64,000 bases of DNA from Candidatus Methylomirabilales bacterium (GTDB lineage: Bacteria > Methylomirabilota > Methylomirabilia > Methylomirabilales > CSP1-5), in NCBI GenBank assembly GCA_046758505.1, contig JBHIAH010000006.1:1544-65543 (forward strand), in the 5' to 3' direction. The notes below the pieces were generated by a model that worked only from the letters and a program-made list of their open reading frames with translations, was not told the DNA's origin and did not search any database. Shown here piece after piece: positions 18,599 through 25,138 of this stretch (position 1 is its first letter; each line of letters begins with the position of its first letter). Both the position numbers and the translations under genes were made by a program.

Positions 18599-18656
18599 AT
18601 CGGCGTTCGCCGGCACGCCTGAAGTGCGGCGCGCTCAATTGCCCTGCCCCCGAGCC
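18599..18656 (+). repeat. family F repeat, copy F1
   Basis: atcggcgttcgccggcacgcctgaagtgcggcgcgctcaattgccctgcccccgagcc. 54 of 58 positions are identical to 22089-22146 by hand alignment. It contains the dyad GCAC-N7-GTGC (18613-18627). Confidence 0.75.
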
Positions 18657-18692
18657 CCACTCGCAATCTAGGCATTAACCATAGACGCCCAC

Positions 18693-19169
18693 TTATCGGT
18701 GGCAGTATTTACAGATGAGTTCTTCGTACTGTTTAATAATTTCTCCGTCGATCGCAATAACTCGGTCTTCTACCAAGGGGTAAAGTTCACCAGTCTGAGC
18801 AAACCGTTCAACTGTCGAGATAGAGAAGTGAGGCTCGTACGGCCTTACGATAATTAAGCGTGCTTCGGGCCAATACTTTGCTGCCCTGGTGCCCCACTCT
18901 TTGAGAGATTCGGCCAATCCGTTTCCTGATCGAAACTTGACCTCGACGAAAGAGACATCCCCATTTTTCATCACAATAAAATCAGGCATCGTGCGGATCT
19001 TCTCGGCCTCGATATCCCCCTTGTTCATCCGGGGGAGGCCTCGTTGCACGAGGCTCTGGAGAATCCCCTCGTAGCCGAAGCGGTAGACAAAGTAACCGCC
19101 ATCCTGGAGCATCTCGCTCACGATCGTCTCGGCCATTCGTCCCCGGAGGAGGCTTTCGGGAAACTTCAC
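18693..19169 (-). CDS. PD-(D/E)xK nuclease-fold protein (restriction-endonuclease-like), function unknown
   Basis: PDFIVMKNGDVSFVEVKFR is a D..(E)VK motif in the expected beta-strand context. The first ~17 codons of the track ORF (to 19256) are the sigma-54-like repeat itself. GTG 19169 follows GAGGA; ATG 19136 is an alternative start. Confidence 0.5.
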   Translation of the reverse strand: MKFPESLLRGRMAETIVSEMLQDGGYFVYRFGYEGILQSLVQRGLPRMNKGDIEAEKIRTMPDFIVMKNGDVSFVEVKFRSGNGLAESLKEWGTRAAKYWPEARLIIVRPYEPHFSISTVERFAQTGELYPLVEDRVIAIDGEIIKQYEELICKYCHR

Positions 19170-19231
19170 GGTCGAATCCTCATTTAAGTGCCCACAAAGG
19201 GCATACCATCCTTCCGTCAGGGGAGAAAGGA

Positions 19232-19249
19232 CTGCAACTCTTATGCCGT
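19232..19249 (-). promoter_or_regulatory. sigma-54-type -24/-12 promoter motif upstream of the PD-(D/E)xK gene
   Basis: Minus strand reads aCGGCATaagagTTGCAg, with exact spacing. It lies about 65 nt upstream of GTG 19169. Confidence 0.55.
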
Positions 19250-19566
19250 AGGGCACCTGGGAGCCATCTGGCGCGCACCGTCCTCAGGGCGGGCGGCTCG
19301 GGCTACCAGAATAAAGGCCGTAACCTATTGATATGAGGGTGATCAGCCGCAGGGCAGGCTTTTAGGAGGGTTGGCTGAAAGTCTGCGGGTGAAAGCAGTA
19401 TGCCCGTCCACCACAAAGCCGTATCCGCGCCGTCCTTTGCCAAAATGGCCCTTGAATCCTCGGCGTGCGGTCGATGGTGCGGGAAGGGGTAAAGGGGGAT
19501 CCTGGGGTGGCGCGCAATATCAGGATGCGCGGCCTGACCCTACAACCAGTCATGTTCGTGGCAATG

Positions 19567-20679
19567 TCAGCCAGAACTTGCTTCCACCATGCAAACTGCC
19601 TGGCGAAGCCTCTTGATTGCTTCCTCGCGGCCAACAGCAACGGACTGCACGGTGGGCGCGTCGAACAGGAGGCGTGCGTAATCTGCGTTTATAGCCCAGC
19701 TTACGTCCGGTGGCGCTCCCTTCGGGATGGACCGGAAACCCTGCAAAGCGGCAGCTGAATCTATGATGCCAACAACTTCTCCTAGTTCATTTACAATTGG
19801 ACCGCCAGAGTAATCTGCCTGAATTGGGACTGAAATTTGTAGGACGGACGCCTCACCTTTAGGTCCAGAAAGTGCGCTGATGACCCCCTCCAATGATCTT
19901 GCTTCTTCACCGAGGTGGTCCGTACCAGGATAACTCACCGTGAAAACACGCTCACCCAGGCGGGCAGATCCTGTCGACACTAAAGGGAGGAACTGTGGCG
20001 TGCGAGGACCAATTTGCAGAACCGCAAGATCGTTCCCGGCGTTATACGTTTGGACCTTGGCGTTTGTGACTGTTCCGTCAGCCAAGTGAACTTGTATGGA
20101 CTTCGCGCCCTGGACAACGTGGTAGGTCGTTAGCAGGATCCCATTCCCACGCACCGCAAAGCAAGTCCCACGAATGTTTTGATCTCTTTTATCTTTTGGC
20201 TCCACCTTTGGAATCTCAGGAGTAGCCTGTGCGCTTGCAACTGATTCCTCCTCTACATCTTCCTCTGCGTCTTTTGGTGGTGCGGGAACCGGCGCCTGAT
20301 TGATGGCAAGGATGCGATCGTCGGGACCATAGATGATGGTGATCCGGTGCTTATCGGCTTGGGAAGCCTCGATGGGTGTGCCAGCGACCTCCCAAATACC
20401 CAGGGTCAGAACATCCAACACAGCGTGCCCGGCAGCACGTCCCGCACTTGGCTCGTTGCCTAGCTCATACTCGTAGATGTCGGTTCGCCCACCATCCGGG
20501 GTCGTCACGGAGGAGACGGGACTGCCCAGTTGCAACTCCGCCTCCCCGCGGGTTGAGCCCACGCGTAACGCGCCCAAATTTGGTTCCCTTTTACCACTCA
20601 TCGCCATACCGACAGAACATGCTGTTAGCGATGAAAGGAGGAACACACCTGCCAACAAAGCAGTTAGCTGCTTTATCAT
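19567..20679 (-). CDS. lipoprotein with C-terminal trypsin-like (S1/HtrA-type, no PDZ) serine protease domain
   Basis: Start taken at MIKQLTALLAGVFLLSSLTAC (lipobox LTAC), not the upstream track start 20796. Catalytic triad context: TTYHVV, NDLAVLQI, DYSGGPIV. Confidence 0.75.
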   Translation of the reverse strand: MIKQLTALLAGVFLLSSLTACSVGMAMSGKREPNLGALRVGSTRGEAELQLGSPVSSVTTPDGGRTDIYEYELGNEPSAGRAAGHAVLDVLTLGIWEVAGTPIEASQADKHRITIIYGPDDRILAINQAPVPAPPKDAEEDVEEESVASAQATPEIPKVEPKDKRDQNIRGTCFAVRGNGILLTTYHVVQGAKSIQVHLADGTVTNAKVQTYNAGNDLAVLQIGPRTPQFLPLVSTGSARLGERVFTVSYPGTDHLGEEARSLEGVISALSGPKGEASVLQISVPIQADYSGGPIVNELGEVVGIIDSAAALQGFRSIPKGAPPDVSWAINADYARLLFDAPTVQSVAVGREEAIKRLRQAVCMVEASSG

Positions 20680-20805
20680 AATCAAACCCCCTCGTGGTTT
20701 CCCTTTCAACTTCAGAAATCTATGCGACCTCACTTTGCCATCAGATCCTGTAAAACAGGACACAAAAAATGCATTCTGCTGGACTGTGCCAAGCAATAAA
20801 GGCTA

Positions 20806-20823
20806 GTGCAATGATCGTGCCGA
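20806..20823 (-). promoter_or_regulatory. sigma-54-type -24/-12 promoter motif upstream of the protease gene
   Basis: Minus strand reads tCGGCACgatcaTTGCAc, the best match to TGGCAC-N5-TTGCA in the window. It lies about 130 nt upstream of ATG 20679. The flanking sequence is unrelated to the other copies. Confidence 0.6.
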
Positions 20824-21256
20824 AGATAGCTGGAAGCTATCACGGCCCTTACTTCAGCAACACTGCCATGGGACTCGGCTAAAACCGGAAAGCTGCCTCT
20901 TTCGGATAGGGATCATGTTCGAGGTAAAACTTCGGGAAGCTGGGTGTGAAACGGTGTGCATAAGATCATAAGATAAAAAAGGAGAGGGCTGCACCGAGAG
21001 CCGGGACGCCTGTCGAGCCGGAGCGTGCCGGAAAATAAGTTTGGCTGTGTGGTGGGCGGTCGAGTGGGCCCGAAGGGGGCGAGGGACTATGCCTGCCCCT
21101 TCTTCTTTCTGGGGGATTTCAGTTGGCCCCGGGGGACCGGTGTGCCGGGGGCTCGGGGCAACCGCACCCTCCAGATCTTCTTACGTGGCTTCTGGAGCTT
21201 TCCCACGAGAGCGATACGCCCCTCTCCGCCGGCCCGAGGAGGCTGCGCCAACCGCG

Positions 21257-21315
21257 CATCAGACCCGCGGCCGCTCGCCGCATTCCAAGTGCAATGTCAG
21301 GATTCAGGACCCTAC
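21257..21315 (+). repeat. family C repeat, copy C1 (just downstream of brnA)
   Basis: catcagacccgcggccgctcgccgcattccaagtgcaatgtcaggattcaggaccctac. About 42 of the first 50 positions match 23198-23261. Confidence 0.7.
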
Positions 21316-21332
21316 ACTAGAGCTACGGCCGG

Positions 21333-21560
21333 TCACGCCACAGTCTTCCAGTTCATCTCCAGGCGCTTCCCAGTGGCCGCGCAATCCCGAAGGTATAGGT
21401 TAATGAGCGTCTGATACGGGATCCCACACTCCTCCGAGATCGACTTGAAGTACTTGATCGTCTGCTCGTCGAGTCGGATGGTGACCTGCCGCTTGAGGCG
21501 GCTCGCGTAGGGGTTCCGCCGTGCCTTCGAAAAGTCGTATTCTTTCTTCATGTGTGCCAC
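21333..21560 (-). CDS. brnA: BrnA-type antitoxin (ribbon-helix-helix)
   Basis: 75 aa. KKEYDFSKARRNPYA..VTIRLDEQTIKYFK is characteristic of BrnA. It overlaps brnT by 13 nt. Confidence 0.8.
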   Translation of the reverse strand: MAHMKKEYDFSKARRNPYASRLKRQVTIRLDEQTIKYFKSISEECGIPYQTLINLYLRDCAATGKRLEMNWKTVA

Positions 21561-21844
21561 CTTTGATTGTAGATGTCCCGTTCCCTGCGGGTCGCCTTGC
21601 GTGCGGAGATGATCTGGATCACCCCCTGGTCCTCCCGGTAGGCATGAGCCACCACAAGGATGCGCAGCTTCGCACTGAGCCCAAGAAGGATGAACCGGTC
21701 TTCCGCGGTTGCGTGCTCGGGGTCGTCGATCAATAACGCGTGCTCGTCCGCGAAGACCGTCTCTGCCTCGGCAAACGGTACTCGGTGCTTCCGCCTGTTC
21801 TGCGAGTCCTTCTTGGGATCCCAGGCGAACCGCAGATCAGACAT
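21548..21844 (-). CDS. brnT: BrnT-type toxin (DUF497 ribonuclease)
   Basis: 98 aa. FAWDPKKDSQNRRKHRVPFAEAETVF..RFILLG..RILVVAH..IISARKATRRE is the canonical BrnT pattern. Confidence 0.85.
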   Translation of the reverse strand: MSDLRFAWDPKKDSQNRRKHRVPFAEAETVFADEHALLIDDPEHATAEDRFILLGLSAKLRILVVAHAYREDQGVIQIISARKATRRERDIYNQRWHT

Positions 21845-21850
21845 ACTTAC

Positions 21851-21879
21851 ATCATAACTACGAAGTAGGGTCTTGTCAA
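21851..21879 (-). promoter_or_regulatory. sigma-70 promoter of brnTA giving a leaderless mRNA
   Basis: Minus strand reads TTGACA (21879-21874), a 17 nt spacer, TATGAT (21856-21851), then 6 nt and ATG (21844). The -35 box is embedded in a short inverted family C core (gtagggtcttgtcaag, 21865-21880). Confidence 0.65.
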
Positions 21880-22088
21880 GATATCTCTCGTGTGCGCCTA
21901 ACGCTAACGCCGAGCCGCCGCTGTTGAGCGAGCGGTCTGAACCAACCCTGCCCCTTCCCGCACTACGGCCATCTGAAGCGTCCGCAGAATATCAAAATAT
22001 CAACGTCAGACCCTCATGCGAGCATACGCCCGATAGTTTCGGAATTCCGAAAACGTGGGGGAAATGGGAAATGGCCAGCCTCGACTCT

Positions 22089-22146
22089 ATCGGCGTTCGC
22101 CGGCACCCCTGAAGTGCGGCGTACTGAATTGCCCTGCCCCCGAGCC
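22089..22146 (+). repeat. family F repeat, copy F2
   Basis: atcggcgttcgccggcacccctgaagtgcggcgtactgaattgccctgcccccgagcc, 54/58 identical to F1. The adjoining cctgaccccgcccctc block (22184-22205) also occurs next to F1 (18556-18580), but on the other side. Confidence 0.75.
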
Positions 22147-22245
22147 TCGACCAATCCAATTACAAATAGCAAACCGCCGGCCTGACCCCGCCCCTCCACT
22201 GCAACACGATCCTCAGTATGCTCGACGGGAAGAGGGGTGGCCATC

Positions 22246-22296
22246 ACCCGGTCCGCAGCGGCTGATGAAGAGAGCCGATGCAATTGACAATTGTAG
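22246..22296 (+). repeat. family E repeat, copy E1, abutting the truncated HEPN gene
   Basis: cagcggctgatgaagagagccgatgcaattgacaattgtagactcgacccc, 45/51 identical to 23128-23178. It contains the CAATTG-A-CAATTG double palindrome and a CGGCT..AGCCG hairpin. Confidence 0.75.
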
Positions 22297-22306
22297 ACTC
22301 GACCCC

Positions 22307-22519
22307 TTATTCGCCCTCATGGGTTCTCGGGAACGGGACGGCTAGCAGGGTTAATAGCCCCTTGAGATATTTTTCGGCGCACTGCTGGGCGTGAAAACAC
22401 ACCGTGCCTAGGGGGCATCTCGCGCGGAGGGTTAATGTATGCTCGGCAGTGGTGAGATCTTCCTCAGCCTTCTCGACCCATTGGCGAACCACCCGAAGCG
22501 TCTCAGGCGACACGCTCAT
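22307..22519 (-). pseudogene. HEPN-domain toxin, 3'-truncated (about half length)
   Basis: 70 aa. WVEKAEEDLTTAEHTL..FHAQQCAEKYLKGLL..FPRTH then EGE-stop. HEPN partners of MNT are usually about 120-140 aa and continue after the (R)xxxxH motif. The reading frame ends 8-10 nt from repeat E1. Confidence 0.65.
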
Positions 22520-22835
22520 ACAACACCTCGCCCTCGCGCAGGGCAGGATAGATGATCGTCCCGACAGTATCGCGGTATCGCTCGACCTCCTCAGGGGTGA
22601 CCACGATCACGTCCTTCGGGAACCCGACGCCCGCGAGGGCGAGATCGATCTCGACGGCGGTCTGGCGCTTAGAGCCGGAAACGCGCATCACTACCAGCAG
22701 GTCGGCGTCGCTGTCCGGCCCACCCGTCCCGCGAGCCTGCGACCCGAACAGGATGATCTTTTCCGGATCGAAGCGGTCCACGATCCGTCGCACCATCTCC
22801 CCGATGATCTGCTGTCTCCAGTCTCCGTCGTCCAC
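22503..22835 (-). CDS. MNT-type nucleotidyltransferase antitoxin (pairs with HEPN)
   Basis: 110 aa, GTG start. ILFGSQARGTGGPDSDADLLVV is the GS-x10-DxD pol-beta NTase motif. It overlaps the HEPN ORF by 17 nt. Confidence 0.85.
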   Translation of the reverse strand: MDDGDWRQQIIGEMVRRIVDRFDPEKIILFGSQARGTGGPDSDADLLVVMRVSGSKRQTAVEIDLALAGVGFPKDVIVVTPEEVERYRDTVGTIIYPALREGEVLYERVA

Positions 22836-23127
22836 GGCCTTTTCCGATCACAGCCTTCGCTAACTGCTACGGCTGCCAGGGCCAGCCAGCCCTTTCTCTC
22901 GCTCACGGTAGCATGATACACAACACCGCTAGACTTGACGAGCCCTTCCTGCCAGAGACCGGGAGACGTGCCAGGCGAGGACTGCACGGGGTAGCGTGTC
23001 GGCAGGGCGCACGTGCGGGGCCCGCCCCAGGTACATGGAGTCGAGCTGGAGGGCGACGACGGGCATGGCGTCCCACCGGCCCGGCCGGCTGGCGGCAGCC
23101 AGTGCGAGGGACATTCAGCCAACACCC

Positions 23128-23178
23128 GAGCGGCTGATGAAGAAAGCCGAAGCAATTGACAATTGTAGACCTCACCCC
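23128..23178 (+). repeat. family E repeat, copy E2
   Basis: gagcggctgatgaagaaagccgaagcaattgacaattgtagacctcacccc. Confidence 0.75.
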
Positions 23179-23197
23179 ATCCCTCAAATTTCTACAG

Positions 23198-23261
23198 CAT
23201 CAGGCCCGCTGCCGCTCGCCGCATTCCGATGGCAATGTCAAGATCCTAGGCCCGACCCTAC
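23198..23261 (+). repeat. family C repeat, copy C2
   Basis: catcaggcccgctgccgctcgccgcattccgatggcaatgtcaagatcctaggcccgaccctac. Confidence 0.7.
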
Positions 23262-23285
23262 GACCTTATACTCCGATCCGTGACA

Positions 23286-23618
23286 CTATTCAGGTGCGAA
23301 AAAATCCTCATCGATGCCGAGAAGTGATAAACGACGCCTTGAAACACCTATGTTATTCTCAATCATTAGCTCGACAATACGCTGTCCGTCGATAAGCATA
23401 ATGGGGACTGCCCCACGTTTGAATCCCACCTGTTTTGCCTCCGCGGTAAAGGACGACGTCGTAATGAATATTCCTTGGTCGAAGTCCCCAGTAATTGCAC
23501 CCCGAAACTTATCGATTTCTGGGCGAGAAATCGTCGTTTGTTGCCACCGCTTGCTTTGGAAAGCCGCATTAATGTTCAAAATGCCTTGCCGGAGCTTACC
23601 ATGACCGTCGATCCGACT
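23286..23618 (-). pseudogene. Mrr-type restriction endonuclease, C-terminal catalytic-domain fragment only
   Basis: The open frame from 23618 reads SRIDGHGKLRQGILNINAAFQSKRWQQTTISRPEIDKFRGAI..GIFITTSSFTAEA..IMLIDGQRIVELMIENNIGV. This matches the Mrr_cat pattern (IDG.., QxKRW, FITTS.F, LIDG..L..LM). A TGA lies immediately upstream at 23619-23621, inside the family C4 repeat. The N-terminal winged-helix half is missing. Confidence 0.7.
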
Positions 23619-23622
23619 TCAT

Positions 23623-23650
23623 GTAGGGTCAGGTCTTGAATCTTGAATTT
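23623..23650 (-). repeat. family C repeat core, inverted copy C4
   Basis: Plus strand gtagggtcaggtcttgaatcttgaattt is the reverse complement of aaattcaagattcaagacctgaccctac. It forms an inverted pair with C2 around the Mrr fragment. Confidence 0.65.
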
Positions 23651-23853
23651 TCCCCATCCCCGCGTTCACCCGACCAGGACCCAAGTATCTTGACGCCCGA
23701 TTCTCGCCCCCCCAAAACACAAAGCACCGGGGAGCCTGTGGGGCCCGCCCGGCGCTTTGCCCTTGTCAAAATCTCCCCTGCCTACATCCTCATCCATCCG
23801 GCCCGTCCCTGGATAGTTGAGGGTCGAGAGCGGAGCGTTGAGTGTCAATTACC

Positions 23854-24084
23854 TCACAAGACTTCAAATTCCTCTGGACTCAACGCTGCCTGTCGCAGAA
23901 TGCTCCGCGGGGTGCCAACGGCTACCTCGCGATGCCGCGGCACGATGGCGGTGCGGATACCCACGGCCATCTGCTTGACAAACTTGACATGGCTGCCCTT
24001 CTGCCCTACTTCCGCAAAGCCCGCTGCTTCCAACCTACGCTTCACTTCACGGTAAGGCAGCGGGCTAAGCGGCACTGACTTCAA
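23854..24084 (-). CDS. hicA: HicA-family mRNA interferase toxin
   Basis: 76 aa. REVKRRLEAAGF..QKGSHVKF..IVPRH.EV..GT..SILRQA is the YcfA/HicA pattern. Confidence 0.85.
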   Translation of the reverse strand: MKSVPLSPLPYREVKRRLEAAGFAEVGQKGSHVKFVKQMAVGIRTAIVPRHREVAVGTPRSILRQAALSPEEFEVL

Positions 24085-24271
24085 TCTCGACCCGCCGCAT
24101 TTGCGGGGTCAGCGTCGCACGCGGTTCCTCGAAGTGCAATTCCAATGCCTCACGGAGGTTCGCCAACGCCTGGTCTTCGGTCTCCCCTTGGCTGGCGATA
24201 TCGATCTCCAGGCACTGCGCCACAAACCAGTCGCGTTCGCGTAATATGCTTGCGGTAAACGTCTGCTTCAT
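24065..24271 (-). CDS. hicB: HicB-like antitoxin (UPF0150 fold, no DNA-binding extension)
   Basis: 68 aa. FTASILRERDWFVAQCLEIDIASQGETEDQALANLREALELHFE. It overlaps hicA by 20 nt. Confidence 0.75.
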   Translation of the reverse strand: MKQTFTASILRERDWFVAQCLEIDIASQGETEDQALANLREALELHFEEPRATLTPQMRRVEIEVSAA

Positions 24272-24507
24272 TCTCGGCTTTCCTGCCTATCGGCTGCGGC
24301 GGTGAGAGGCCACGGAGTGAGTGTGGAGCGCGACACCATTCGTCGGCAATCCAGCCCGTCCCCGTATCCCCCTAAACCATGATGCGCGAATAGGCTATCA
24401 AGGCGAGGGGTCAAGTCTGCCCTTGACTCATCTCCGTTCCAATGCCTTCAAGTCAGACCTGCTCATCAAGCGGCTTTCGTCCGAGGAAGTAGCTCCTTGG
24501 GTATGTA

Positions 24508-24741
24508 TCATAGCTCCTCTAATATTCGGTGATAGTCTTCGATGCTTCGGCCCATGTCTCGGAGGATCTTACGAAGCAGCGGCCGCACAATAACCTGCGA
24601 GCCGTGATCGGGGATGACCACGATCCGTCCTTCGGCATTGCGGAACACGTTGTGGCTGCCCTCCCGCCGGACCCAATGAAAGCCTACTGCCTCAGCCATC
24701 TTACTCAATTGTCGATAGGCGACGAGGCGTAGCTTTGTCAC
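24508..24741 (-). CDS. hicA: HicA-family toxin (second copy)
   Basis: 77 aa. YRQLSKMAEAVGFHWVRREGSHNVFRN..GRIVVIPDHGSQ. Confidence 0.85.
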   Translation of the reverse strand: MTKLRLVAYRQLSKMAEAVGFHWVRREGSHNVFRNAEGRIVVIPDHGSQVIVRPLLRKILRDMGRSIEDYHRILEEL

Positions 24742-24956
24742 GCTGGGACCTCGACCCTCCAGGTCCCCACGAAGTCAGGTAGGGGCTCATCAGGTGAGGT
24801 TGTTTTCAGGTAGGCCTGAATTGCTTCGCGAATATTTTCTTCGAGCGCTGGCAGATCAGGGGCCTGGGTGTAACACCCTGGTAGCTCCACCACTTCCCCC
24901 ACCAGCCACTGGCTTTCGGGGTCCCGTTCCACCACTATCGTAAACGACCGTTTCAT
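24738..24956 (-). CDS. hicB: HicB-like antitoxin (second copy)
   Basis: 72 aa. FTIVVERDPESQWLVGEVVELPGCYTQAPDLPALEENIREAIQAYL. 4 nt overlap with hicA. Confidence 0.8.
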   Translation of the reverse strand: MKRSFTIVVERDPESQWLVGEVVELPGCYTQAPDLPALEENIREAIQAYLKTTSPDEPLPDFVGTWRVEVPA

Positions 24957-24987
24957 CCTAAGCTCCCTGCGCGAGCGATCCAGGCCA

Positions 24988-25015
24988 ATTATACGTGCTT
25001 AGTGTTGATCGGCAA
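24988..25015 (-). promoter_or_regulatory. sigma-70 promoter of the second hicBA pair
   Basis: Minus strand reads TTGCCG (25015-25010), a 16 nt spacer, then a perfect TATAAT (24993-24988). RBS AGGGAG lies 6 nt before ATG 24956. Confidence 0.6.
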
Positions 25016-25138
25016 AACCCAAAAGCGCCGGGGAATCGCCCTTCCTTACGCCACCTAAACCACGATGCCCGCTACTCTATTCCCTCGGATGCCCCCATGT
25101 CAATAGAGAGTGGCGGGGGAACGGCTGACCGCTGACAG

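Noticed and set aside
21873-23155. ORFs inside the empty island spacers (for example 22014-22283 minus, 22691-23155 minus, 21025-21414 plus). Two begin with the same M(H/L)RLSSSAA.
   Set aside because: The shared N-terminus is simply repeat E read in one frame, and similarity stops after 9 residues. The products are Arg/Pro/Gly/Ser-rich and overlap real genes or each other.
16676-25138. Chromosomal integron or CALIN (cluster of attC sites): co-oriented small cassettes rich in toxin-antitoxin genes, separated by conserved repeats.
   Set aside because: I could not find paired RYYYAAC / GTTRRRY core sites in the spacers on either strand. The repeats are several unrelated modules rather than one attC-like imperfect palindrome per cassette. 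No intI-type tyrosine recombinase or attI is present. A formal attC covariance-model scan would settle this.
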